Assembly: GCA_964647565.1 (NCBI GenBank)
Contig: CAZYIM010000009.1
Location: 1-64,000, forward strand
Length of the DNA stretch: 64,000 bases
Direction: 5' to 3'
Source: an uncultured Methanosarcinales archaeon
Lineage (GTDB): Archaea; Nanobdellota; Nanobdellia; Woesearchaeales; CAZYIM01
Below are positions 46,501 to 56,086 of this stretch, piece by piece; the stretch's first letter is position 1; the number at the start of each line of letters is the position of its first letter. The translations under genes were made by a program, and so were the position numbers. Under the pieces are notes generated by a model. It was given only the letters and a program-made list of their open reading frames with translations. It was not told the DNA's origin and searched no databases.

Positions 46501-48075
46501 TTAAGGAATAACAAAATTAAGACATGTTTGCTCCTGGACAACATCATATTTGAAGAGACCGTATTCATAACCCGCTCCATCTAATAGATCATATGGAATA
46601 ATAACATAATCTCCTTCAATTAAAGGCGATTTTGCATTGTACTCATTACAACTAATTGTTGTTGTTTCTTGGGTATTAAAATCGTACATCATAACATCAC
46701 CAGAAGAAACCCACACAACTCTTGAACCATCATAATCATATACATATTGAGTACCGCCATTTGACACAGGAATCTGTTCTTGCGTAGCAATATCATAGGC
46801 ATATATGCTGAAATCCCAGTTACTTTTCCAAAGAATTTTTGTACCTCCATCAGTAAAGTAACCCGGCCCTTCAGAACGATAATCAAAACTAGAAGCAGGA
46901 ATCTCGGTATCATCCACTAAATCATACATATAAACGTGAATTTCAGGACTACCACCTGTAGAGACTGTTTGGGTAAACGACACCATATTATCATAAACAG
47001 AGTAAAGAAGCTCAATATGTGGCGTTTCAGTCAACGGTTTAACCTGACTAGTCACAATATTATAAGCATAAACATCCTGATTATCAATCGAATAACTATC
47101 TGGATCCGCAGTTGTATCAACTAAAAACACAATCCAATCACCAAATATATATGGATCAAACTGTTGTCGGCCTAAATCTTGAGCAATAGGAGTCTTCACG
47201 CCACTATCCAAATTAAACAAGAATATACCACCTCTTAGATTACTATACACAATATTACTACCACTCCTCCTCACTTTCATCTGATCATCAGGTTCGATAA
47301 GAACAGCAGATTCAATATCAGTCGTCAAATCAAGCATATAAATATCATCATCACCACCCTTATCATCAAGATAATACACCCTATTCTCAAACACAAATAA
47401 AAATTCCTGATTCGAAGGATTGTCTGTTATTTGTTTTGTGGTTCCTGTTAAGAGATCGTGCATGTATAAATTTTCGTGACCAGATAGGCTTACATCAATC
47501 CAAAACACCTTATTATCATCAATGTCCGCGTCAAAATCTCTAAGACCTGAGACAAAAAGATTCTCACCCAACTCACCTCCTGGAGAGGGTGTACAATTAC
47601 CGTCGCAGCAATCTCCTGTGTACGCTACCCCGTCACAACAGATTTGTCCAGTATCAAGACAGTCAGCTTCACAGTTGTTACAGTCTTCTTCCTCATCGCA
47701 ATTTCCGTCTCCGCAGATTGGTGGACAGGGTCCACAGTCCAGTTCACAGTTGTTACACTCTTCTCCTACATCACAAATTTGGTCTCCACAATAAGACTCC
47801 AACCCTCCAGATGTTTCGTTATCATCCTCTGCGCTATCACAGTCAGGATCTGCAGGCATCCGAATCCTGTTCTTACCTCTACCTATGTTGCAACCCTCAA
47901 AATCACAGGCACCATCACCATCATTATCCGCCTGGTCACTACATTGAACAGTCACAGGATCATTATCACCGCCGCCTTTCTTTCCACCTTTTGCTTGTCC
48001 AGTCGTTGAAACACAGCCTAATATCAAACTTGCCATAACAATTAAACTCATTACAATAAGAATTACTTTTTTCAT
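46501..48075 (-). CDS. secreted/lipoprotein with Cys-rich repeats and C-terminal beta-propeller
   Basis: signal peptide ending in LGC; CSDQADNDGDGACD; two CGD..C...E.CNNC..DC repeats; propeller-like blades. Confidence 0.8.
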   Translation of the reverse strand: MKKVILIVMSLIVMASLILGCVSTTGQAKGGKKGGGDNDPVTVQCSDQADNDGDGACDFEGCNIGRGKNRIRMPADPDCDSAEDDNETSGGLESYCGDQICDVGEECNNCELDCGPCPPICGDGNCDEEEDCNNCEADCLDTGQICCDGVAYTGDCCDGNCTPSPGGELGENLFVSGLRDFDADIDDNKVFWIDVSLSGHENLYMHDLLTGTTKQITDNPSNQEFLFVFENRVYYLDDKGGDDDIYMLDLTTDIESAVLIEPDDQMKVRRSGSNIVYSNLRGGIFLFNLDSGVKTPIAQDLGRQQFDPYIFGDWIVFLVDTTADPDSYSIDNQDVYAYNIVTSQVKPLTETPHIELLYSVYDNMVSFTQTVSTGGSPEIHVYMYDLVDDTEIPASSFDYRSEGPGYFTDGGTKILWKSNWDFSIYAYDIATQEQIPVSNGGTQYVYDYDGSRVVWVSSGDVMMYDFNTQETTTISCNEYNAKSPLIEGDYVIIPYDLLDGAGYEYGLFKYDVVQEQTCLNFVIP

Positions 48076-48367
48076 AGGTTATCACCAAATTGGTAATTGG
48101 CAACAAGGGTTTATAAATCTTATTATATTAATATACGCGAATAGGATATTAATTAATGACACAAAGAAACCTTCAACACTAGATGTAATGAAAATCAGAC
48201 ATACAACTATGCAATTTAACACAAGTATAGGAACTATCTGATTAGGAAAAAAAAATATCTTGTGTGTTTTTCTTAATATTATTGTATCTGAAAGCAAGTT
48301 TCCAGCTGCACCTCAATCATGTTATTCCATAAAATTTATATATCACATACCCGCCTCTATTTTTAAA

Positions 48368-49057
48368 ATGCATTATAAAAAACACAATCTTTTCAAGGAT
48401 ATCGGCTCAAAAGATAAGAATCTTCGGAAAAAAACAGTCACGATCGTAGGAATAAGCAGCGTCGGTTCTGTGATAGCAGACATGCTTGCAAGAGCAGGCG
48501 TCAACCTAAGATTGGTAGACAGGGGAAGAATTGAAACAGAAGACATGCTAAGCTCCACACTCTATGAGATGGAGGACCTAAACAAGTTCAAGGTTAAGCA
48601 AGCCAAGAAACGGCTAGAAGTCGTCACCAAGGATGTGAAGATCAAGACATTTCATGAGGACCTGGTCCCGAGGAACATCTTCCTACTTGATTCAGACATT
48701 GTGATTGATTGTACCAACAATATAGAAACATCATTGATGATAAACGAACACTGCTATAAGAAGAAGATCCCTCTAATATTCTGTAAATACGCAGGTTCAA
48801 AGGGAATTATCTTCATTGTTGACAAAGATGCCTGTGTTGCATGTGTCGAAGATAAGATCAAAATCGGCAAAATAGAAAAAGAGGGTATCATCTCTCCAAC
48901 TGTACATGTAACAGCCTCGTTTGCTGTTGCCAAGGCGTTAAAGTTGCTTCTAGGTCATAAGCATGAGAAAAACATGATCAGCTTTGACATTTGGAAGAAC
49001 ACAGCCAATAAGGTGAGCGTAAGAAAGAATCCTAAATGCTCTGTGCATAAGAAATAA
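48368..49057 (+). CDS. ThiF/MoeB/E1-like adenylyltransferase
   Basis: VTIVGISSVGS...LARAGV...VDRG, DIVIDCTNN, CVAC and C-terminal NPKC. Confidence 0.85.
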   Translation: MHYKKHNLFKDIGSKDKNLRKKTVTIVGISSVGSVIADMLARAGVNLRLVDRGRIETEDMLSSTLYEMEDLNKFKVKQAKKRLEVVTKDVKIKTFHEDLVPRNIFLLDSDIVIDCTNNIETSLMINEHCYKKKIPLIFCKYAGSKGIIFIVDKDACVACVEDKIKIGKIEKEGIISPTVHVTASFAVAKALKLLLGHKHEKNMISFDIWKNTANKVSVRKNPKCSVHKK

Positions 49058-49088
49058 ATTTTATAAACAGTTCTTTACTCTTTAAACT

Positions 49089-49949
49089 ATGACTAGTTCA
49101 GATAAGAGATTTATGCACAATTTTGAAAAAAAGATAGTTAAGACTATAAAGAAATACAAATTATTCTCCAAACAAAATAAGGTCGGTGTCGCGGTCTCTG
49201 GCGGAAAAGATTCTACTGTCTGTCTTCATGTGCTAAACAAACTAGGCTATAAAGTGGTAGGCCTGACTGTGGATGCAGTCATCGGCAACTACACCAAGAA
49301 AAACCTAGAGAGACTCAGGACTTTTTGCAAACAGAACAAGATTCCTCTAAAAGAGCTCTGCTTCAGAGAGGAATTCGGGGGTTCGCTCTGCTATCTAAGG
49401 GATATACTCAAGGAAAAAGGATTCAAATACAAATCATGCATGCTCTGTGGCATTCTTCGAAGATACTTATTGAACAAATACGCTAAACACTACAAGTTTA
49501 ATGTGCTGACAACAGGCCACAACATAGATGACGAAGCACAATCCATACTGATGAACATTGCCAGAAATGATCAAGCAAGATTGATGAGATTAGGTCCAAT
49601 AACAGGCATTGTCAAAAGCAAGGGCTTTGTCCAAAGGGTCAAGCCATTATACTTCTGCACTGAAGAAGAAATTACGCGGTACTCCAAGCTGATGGGCTTT
49701 GATGTCATCTACACAAGATGCCCCTGCTCTGTAAATGCTTTTAGGAGAAAGTTTCGAAATGAACTGGATCAAATCGAGAAAAAAACTCCTGGAGTAAAGG
49801 AAAACATTGTCAAATACTATATGCAAAATATCTACCCTTTGAAGAAAAAACAAAAAAAAGGGGAAATAGCCTTCTGCAGCACCTGCGAAGAACCTGCCAG
49901 CCAAAAGATCTGCAAGAAATGCGAGATCATACTAGCTTTGAGAAAATAA
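49089..49949 (+). CDS. TtuA/Ncs6-like tRNA 2-thiolation PP-loop protein
   Basis: SGGKDS, CMLCGILRR, TGHNIDD, CPC and C-terminal CxxC..CxxC. Confidence 0.88.
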   Translation: MTSSDKRFMHNFEKKIVKTIKKYKLFSKQNKVGVAVSGGKDSTVCLHVLNKLGYKVVGLTVDAVIGNYTKKNLERLRTFCKQNKIPLKELCFREEFGGSLCYLRDILKEKGFKYKSCMLCGILRRYLLNKYAKHYKFNVLTTGHNIDDEAQSILMNIARNDQARLMRLGPITGIVKSKGFVQRVKPLYFCTEEEITRYSKLMGFDVIYTRCPCSVNAFRRKFRNELDQIEKKTPGVKENIVKYYMQNIYPLKKKQKKGEIAFCSTCEEPASQKICKKCEIILALRK

Positions 49950-49957
49950 TCCTCATT

Positions 49958-50773
49958 TTAAAAACTATATCTTCCAACTAATGTTAAGGCGCTGCGATTT
50001 TTTACAGGAGATGCCCCCCGTATTTCTAAAGATCTATCATACCAAAGTTCAAAATGCATCTTTTTTCCTAATTTGCCTGGTGGTGTGTATCTTGCATCGA
50101 CTCTTCCACTCAATGCGGATTCTCCATCATTGTTTCCACCAGATTTATAGATAAAGCGAGGCCCTGCGACTAGTCTTAGATTATCATTAATTCTACCACC
50201 TAACACAATCCCCACATGAATGTTATCCGATACTTCTTTTCCTTCTGTTAAAGTATAATCAAGATGAACGTCAGCTTCATATTTCTTAGACGCGCTTAAA
50301 AGAGTTCCAAATAGTCCTACTTTAGAATCTGATCTGCCTGTTCCCAGGGCAAGTTTAGCACTTTTATCTCCTGTTGGTAAAACTGTTCCAAAATAGGTTA
50401 ATAATCCAAGCTTATTTTCTCCAAGTTTTCTTTCAAATCTTGGCCCGATCCCTAATAGAATATCTCCTATGCCTTCACTTTCAATGTTTCCAGATTTTAT
50501 ATTTTTATATGGCAAATTTACAAAAGCAAAAATACCGTTTTCTGCCCCATCCCAATATTTTAAGATAAGATTATTTGCAGGAATTTGAGTCCTTATTCCG
50601 GTCTGAGCTTCTTTTGTTGAATAACTTACACGATTATCAACTTGAAATACAGTTGGACCTCTTAATCCATTAAAAATACTTTGAGCATTTCCTGAAATAG
50701 GTATAATTGTTGCTAAAGCTAATGCGCCTGCTGCGAGATATTTTCTTAGGTTTTTTCTTATTTTTTTTGTCAT
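49958..50773 (-). CDS. secreted protein resembling the MetA-pathway/phenol-degradation beta-barrel family
   Basis: signal peptide; GIGDILLG, LPTG...LGTGRSD; alternating beta pattern; C-terminal RYSF. Confidence 0.6.
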   Translation of the reverse strand: MTKKIRKNLRKYLAAGALALATIIPISGNAQSIFNGLRGPTVFQVDNRVSYSTKEAQTGIRTQIPANNLILKYWDGAENGIFAFVNLPYKNIKSGNIESEGIGDILLGIGPRFERKLGENKLGLLTYFGTVLPTGDKSAKLALGTGRSDSKVGLFGTLLSASKKYEADVHLDYTLTEGKEVSDNIHVGIVLGGRINDNLRLVAGPRFIYKSGGNNDGESALSGRVDARYTPPGKLGKKMHFELWYDRSLEIRGASPVKNRSALTLVGRYSF

Positions 50774-50904
50774 TTTAATTTCCTCCAAAGATTTTTTAAC
50801 CACTTCTTAGTAATAACTAAGATAGCCAATATATAAATGTTTGTGGTAATGTAGTACTACCACAAATAACAACATTTATATTGTTTGAAATTTATGATCA
50901 CTCC

Positions 50905-51642
50905 ATGAACTTAGAAATACTCAAGAAAATAGGATTATCTGAAGGTGAGATAAAAGTATATGGTGCCTTGTTAGAAATAGGAGTGACTTCTATTAATAAT
51001 ATTCATGAAAAAATAGGAATAGATAGAAGGAATATCTACGATATCCTGAACAAACTTATTGAACGAGGACTTGTGTCATATATAGAAACAAACGGAATAC
51101 GCACATTCAGAATATCAAATCCTGATAAACTCATCAGTTATATTGAAGAAAAAAAGTCAAGATTAGACAATATAAAAAGTGAAGTTACCAAGATCATGCC
51201 CGCAATACATGATATGTTCCAGTCCGAAAAACAAAAGATGTTTGCAGAAATATTCAAAGGTGCTGAAGGATTAAAAGCAGTTTGGGATGACTTACTTAAT
51301 TATGATGCAATATACTGGATAGGTTCAGGAGGATATGTTCCGGAACAGTACACCGCATATTTTAATGATTGGAATAAAAGGAGAAAGAGAAAAGGTGTTA
51401 AAAGCTATCATTTGTATAGATCTGAAAAGTGGAAATTTGCTTTAAAGTCATGGTTTACAGATGCAAGAGTTCTTCCGCCAGAATTTTCAGGAAATCCAAC
51501 TGTAACTGTTACTTACGGAGATAAAGTTACGCAAATGCTTTTAGGAGAAGAAATTGCAGTTTTTGTCATTCAAAGCAAGGAATTGGCTGAAAATTACAAG
51601 AAATACCATAAGTTCTTGTGGGATAAGGTCGCAAAAGTTTAG
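50905..51642 (+). CDS. TrmB-family transcriptional regulator
   Basis: LKKIGLSEGEIKVYGALLEIG...RRNIYDILNKLIERGLV. Confidence 0.9.
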   Translation: MNLEILKKIGLSEGEIKVYGALLEIGVTSINNIHEKIGIDRRNIYDILNKLIERGLVSYIETNGIRTFRISNPDKLISYIEEKKSRLDNIKSEVTKIMPAIHDMFQSEKQKMFAEIFKGAEGLKAVWDDLLNYDAIYWIGSGGYVPEQYTAYFNDWNKRRKRKGVKSYHLYRSEKWKFALKSWFTDARVLPPEFSGNPTVTVTYGDKVTQMLLGEEIAVFVIQSKELAENYKKYHKFLWDKVAKV

Positions 51643-51740
51643 TCGTTTATTGAATTGGTGGACAGGTTTATTTTATCTATGATCGAACAATATCAAAAAA
51701 TATTAAAACTCTATTCACTAATGCATTTTAGGGGGATAAA

Positions 51741-51968
51741 ATGTTAGCGTATGTATTGATATCTTTGTGTGAGTGTGATGAGAAGGAATTACTCCAGGAT
51801 CTGATGAGACATAAGGAATCTGTCGACGGCCATATTCTCTTCGGAGAGTGGGATCTTATATTGAAGATCAAAACTGAAAGTCCGGAACATGCCGGCAGTT
51901 TTGTGATGGAGAAGATCCGAAGCCTTGAAGATGTGAAACTGACCAGCACACATATCGTGGCTAAGTAA
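51741..51968 (+). CDS. Lrp/AsnC ligand-binding (RAM) domain protein
   Basis: AYVLI...LFGEWDLILKI...KIRSLEDVKLTST. Confidence 0.85.
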   Translation: MLAYVLISLCECDEKELLQDLMRHKESVDGHILFGEWDLILKIKTESPEHAGSFVMEKIRSLEDVKLTSTHIVAK

Positions 51969-51972
51969 TACT

Positions 51973-52536
51973 ATGACTAAGAAAGAACTTAGATTCATAG
52001 GTATAGATGACTCGCCTTTCGATAAGCTGCAAAGGCAGCCAGTTCTTGTAATCGGAACTATATTCCGCGGAGGGGAGTTCATGGACGGCCTGGTCTCCTG
52101 CTATGTAGAGAAAGATGGGGAAGATGCAACTCTTAAACTAATAGATCTTATCAACAACTGTAAGTTCAAGACACAGCTCAAGGCCATCTTTTTGGACGGT
52201 ATCGCAGTAGGAGGTTTTAATGTTATTAATGCGAAATCCTTGAATAAGCTTACAGGCATCCCTGTAATTGTTGTGATGAGGGACTATCCTGATTTCAAGA
52301 AGATGTATACTGCCTTAAAGAACCTGGGCATGGAAAAAAAGATAGATATCATAAAGAAGATGCCCAAGCCAAAAAAAGCAAGCCAGATCTACATCCAAAA
52401 TATAGGCCTGACACTGAAAACAGCAAGAGAATACCTAAAGATCAGCGCAACCCATTCTTATCTGCCAGAACCAATAAGGATTGCGCATCTGATAACCCAA
52501 GGAATCGTCATGGGAGAAAGCAAAGGACGCGCTTAA
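51973..52536 (+). CDS. DUF99 / endonuclease V-like protein
   Basis: IGIDDSPF, DGEDAT, LDGIAVGGFNV and PEPIRIAH motifs. Confidence 0.88.
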   Translation: MTKKELRFIGIDDSPFDKLQRQPVLVIGTIFRGGEFMDGLVSCYVEKDGEDATLKLIDLINNCKFKTQLKAIFLDGIAVGGFNVINAKSLNKLTGIPVIVVMRDYPDFKKMYTALKNLGMEKKIDIIKKMPKPKKASQIYIQNIGLTLKTAREYLKISATHSYLPEPIRIAHLITQGIVMGESKGRA

Positions 52537-53171
52537 TCAACAAATACCCATTTCTGTCTTTTGAAAACCAAGGTAAGCAAAATAACTATAACAGATTTGA
52601 TTGTAGCATCAAGAAACATCTTAAATGCTGCAGCTTTAAAGAACGTCAATGGGAACAGGGTTATTAGCAAGGAATCCACTGGAAATGTATAATTCCCTTG
52701 CGGAAAGAATACTTGATGAAAGGATTCAAAAGCAGAGCCAAAGTTTAGGAAAAGAAGCCCCAACACCACCATCAGCCCAATAGCTATCAAAGGGGCAATA
52801 AAGGTGACCTTGAAAAGATTAGTAAGAAAGTTTTTAGAATCATGATAAGAGACCCAGATTAACAACAACAGAAGCAGACCTATTAAAACATAGTAGATAA
52901 CATCTAAGGGTTGTATGATATCTTTGACATCCTGCAGATGAGATGCCTGATCGCCTTCAAAGAATCTCAACTCTTCCTTATCCCGAAAAAAACCAAACAG
53001 ATTATCTGTAATCGCCTCTGTCTTCTCAAGACCAAGCACATCAACAACACCATTCTTAGCATACTGTTTCCTGTAGAATGGCTTGTCGTAAAACACATGA
53101 AAAAAAGAGCTCACAATAATGATAAATGCGAGAACAATAGAAGCAATTATCACAGGGATCTTGATCTTCAT
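52533..53171 (-). CDS. DUF1461/TIGR01906-like membrane protein
   Basis: SHLQDVK and FESFHQVFF...F...SLLITLFP motifs. Confidence 0.8.
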   Translation of the reverse strand: MKIKIPVIIASIVLAFIIIVSSFFHVFYDKPFYRKQYAKNGVVDVLGLEKTEAITDNLFGFFRDKEELRFFEGDQASHLQDVKDIIQPLDVIYYVLIGLLLLLLIWVSYHDSKNFLTNLFKVTFIAPLIAIGLMVVLGLLFLNFGSAFESFHQVFFPQGNYTFPVDSLLITLFPLTFFKAAAFKMFLDATIKSVIVILLTLVFKRQKWVFVD

Positions 53172-53193
53172 GAAATGATTAAATAGAGCAGGA

Positions 53194-53835
53194 TTAATAA
53201 ATATTCTTAATTTGTTCAATAGTCAGATCAGAAAGAGAAGATACAAGAAGATTGGCGGGATATTTTTCAGATTTAGGATCAACAACAAGACCTATACATT
53301 TCATGCCAGCGTTCTTTGCAGCAAGCATACCTGCAATCGCGTCTTCAATAACAACGGCTTCAGAAGGATTTATATCCAGCTGCTCTGCTGTCTTCAAATA
53401 TATCTCAGGATCTGGCTTACATTTATCTACTTCGTCACCACAGACAATCCTCTCAAAAAAATCAACCAGATTAAGCGCTCCCAGAGTTGCATATACTACT
53501 TCTTTAATTGAAGAAGACGCAACTGCCAAAGGTATACCATTGTCGTGCAAGGTTTTTATCAAATCAACAGCACCTTCAATAGGATCCACATGTGTTTTGA
53601 TCTCTTTGAGGACACGATTGTTCTTCTCGTTAATAAGCGTACCAACATCCATTCTTTTGTCTCCTAGCAATTCAACAAAGAACTCTGCAGTTTTTCTTCC
53701 GGCAAACCTGCGAGTGATTTCTTCAGGAGATAAGTCAACTCCCTCTCTAGAAAGTATCTGGTGCTCGACAGAGGAATGAATTTTCTGCGAATCAGCAATA
53801 ACACCATCCATATCAAATATAACTGCTTTGATCAT
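53194..53835 (-). CDS. HAD-family phosphatase (beta-PGM-like)
   Basis: FDMDGVIADS, KPDPEIY and VIEDA motifs. Confidence 0.9.
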   Translation of the reverse strand: MIKAVIFDMDGVIADSQKIHSSVEHQILSREGVDLSPEEITRRFAGRKTAEFFVELLGDKRMDVGTLINEKNNRVLKEIKTHVDPIEGAVDLIKTLHDNGIPLAVASSSIKEVVYATLGALNLVDFFERIVCGDEVDKCKPDPEIYLKTAEQLDINPSEAVVIEDAIAGMLAAKNAGMKCIGLVVDPKSEKYPANLLVSSLSDLTIEQIKNIY

Positions 53836-53879
53836 AAGATGCATCTAATCCAAAAGCATTAATATAGTTTGTGGAAAAA

Positions 53880-55883
53880 CTAGTCTAGAATCTCTTTTAA
53901 CAATCTGCCATCAACCTCATGAGGAGGTCTGATACCCATCAGATGTAAAATAGTCGGATATTGGTCTACATTACCAATAGGTTCCTCAATCTGAAATCCT
54001 TTTTTCACTCCAGGACCCGTGATGATAAAAGGAGTCCACATACCCCTGGTTTCGTTGGCAAAGATGGCTTGCTTATAGCCAGACTTTAAAGGTTCTGAAA
54101 AGATTTCATGATCCGCTGTCATCTCTTCATTCCAACCATAGCCGGCCTCGTTGGTAATTACCAGATCACCAACTCTATCAGTTGGAAGATCCAAATATTC
54201 ACTAACATCCTCCCAGGGGGTCACTGCCCTGACAGGTCTTACTCCTGTCTGAACATCTTCAAGTTCCAACAAAGCCTTACTAACCTCTTTTCTGAGCTTG
54301 TCATATTCATATCCTGATGCCCTCGTCCAGTTTCCTCCCAAACCATCAGGATGGATATAGATATTGTCCATCTTCAGGTATATTACCTGAGAAGCATCCC
54401 AATCAATTATTGGCTCACCAGTCTTAACATTAATCTCGAAATGTAGCCAGTCTTTCTCTGCAAAAAGGTTGTTTAGCCTGACCCATCTGTCAAGAGGGAC
54501 TGCACCATGATCTGAACTCAATACGATGATTGTATTCTTATCTGAATTGTCAAGAATCTGCCCTATCATCGTGTCAAGACTCTTATACATATCAAGAACC
54601 TCGTCCCAAAGCTGTTCCCGTTCCTCGGGCCAGACCCAACCATATCTTCTGCTTTTAGGATCAACATACCCAAGCCACCACCTGCTGGTCAGCATCTGGT
54701 TGGGAGAGTAGATATCGTGGATAATGACATTAGAATCATATTGCCTGATTACAAAAGGTATTGATCTAGTGTGCCAATCAAAGCTCAAATGCATCTCCTG
54801 TAAAAATGTCTGTTTGTCTTCCCCATAATATATCAATTGAGGTGGAAAATTATCAACAAAATCAACCATAGGTCCGACATTATCAACAAGATCACCTGAA
54901 ACCCACATAGGTTCAACGTTATAGTCATTAAGATTGTTATAAAAAAGCCGAATCCTGAAAAAACCGTCATCTTCAAGCTTGATAACGTGGCATTTGACAT
55001 GAGATTCAACATTAAGTTCTCCCCATTCCAAGGTTAGGGGAATCCAATCACTCCATTCACCTTCCTTTAGAGGCCCGATCCTTGCTTTCTTGTCTGTAGA
55101 AAATATGACCTGATCATAATTTATTTTCCTGTCATCAGTAGAATCATAGATATATGCAAATAGAGTACTTCCCCAGCCATCAAGCCTTATCTCTTTAGGT
55201 CTAGCATAAGACTTGGGCTGCACCACCCAGCCTCCAGGTTTGTCAGCAGCAACATATTGAGTAAGTTGGGGGCCAAAGTAAAACAGTCTAGAACCTCTCC
55301 CTTGTTTTCTTTTTTGTTCAAGGTCTTCTGTAGACTCGAAATTAAGAGCATGAAAATCTGCACCCCAGCCGCCCCATCTCCCTCTGACAGTTATACCTTT
55401 TTCAAGCTCGGGCGGTGTAGAACCTGGCATAGACAGCAATAAAACCTCCAACCCGTTCCGCTCTAAAGTGGTCCAGATCGGATCAACTTTTTTTGCAGCT
55501 GAAGAAAAGCCTCCAATTGCCACCTTGTTTAAAGGTTGACCTTCAACATGCATTGGACCGTCTGCAACACCGTGCTTTTCTGGAAAGGTCCCTGTAAGCA
55601 AGGTAGCAAAGTTAGTAGGTGTGTGACTCGGAAAGACAGGAACAGAATAACCATATGATCCTCGATCCATCATCCTCTTTATATTGGGCAGTTCGCCTGA
55701 TTCTGCCCATCCATATATATTGAAAAGGTCAGGGTCAGCTCTCATACCGTCAGGGACGAACCAGTAAAGTCGCAAGGTCGAATCCTGCACTGTTTTAACT
55801 GACTTTTTTACAGGAGCATCAAAGTCGCAAAAGTTCACCAGTATGATTAGCAGAAGTATAAGCAAAACAAGATTTTTATTCAT
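53880..55883 (-). CDS. secreted alkaline-phosphatase-superfamily nucleotide pyrophosphatase/phosphodiesterase
   Basis: DGMR, PSHTPTNFATLLTG..PEKHG and SDHG motifs; signal peptide. Confidence 0.88.
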   Translation of the reverse strand: MNKNLVLLILLLIILVNFCDFDAPVKKSVKTVQDSTLRLYWFVPDGMRADPDLFNIYGWAESGELPNIKRMMDRGSYGYSVPVFPSHTPTNFATLLTGTFPEKHGVADGPMHVEGQPLNKVAIGGFSSAAKKVDPIWTTLERNGLEVLLLSMPGSTPPELEKGITVRGRWGGWGADFHALNFESTEDLEQKRKQGRGSRLFYFGPQLTQYVAADKPGGWVVQPKSYARPKEIRLDGWGSTLFAYIYDSTDDRKINYDQVIFSTDKKARIGPLKEGEWSDWIPLTLEWGELNVESHVKCHVIKLEDDGFFRIRLFYNNLNDYNVEPMWVSGDLVDNVGPMVDFVDNFPPQLIYYGEDKQTFLQEMHLSFDWHTRSIPFVIRQYDSNVIIHDIYSPNQMLTSRWWLGYVDPKSRRYGWVWPEEREQLWDEVLDMYKSLDTMIGQILDNSDKNTIIVLSSDHGAVPLDRWVRLNNLFAEKDWLHFEINVKTGEPIIDWDASQVIYLKMDNIYIHPDGLGGNWTRASGYEYDKLRKEVSKALLELEDVQTGVRPVRAVTPWEDVSEYLDLPTDRVGDLVITNEAGYGWNEEMTADHEIFSEPLKSGYKQAIFANETRGMWTPFIITGPGVKKGFQIEEPIGNVDQYPTILHLMGIRPPHEVDGRLLKEILD

Positions 55884-56086
55884 TAGCTTAGGAACCTAAA
55901 ACTAATATATTATCTTTTCGGTAAGAAAGAAATTTCATTTATAAACCACCAGAAACTTACAAAATCTTAATGATTTTGAAGTTCTGAAATGTCTGGAGCA
56001 TTTCAGAAACCCTTCGGAAAACTCTGGAAAAGGTTTATTAAAGGAAAGATCTGCCTAGAATTAAGAAATTTTGTGAGGTGGATCGT

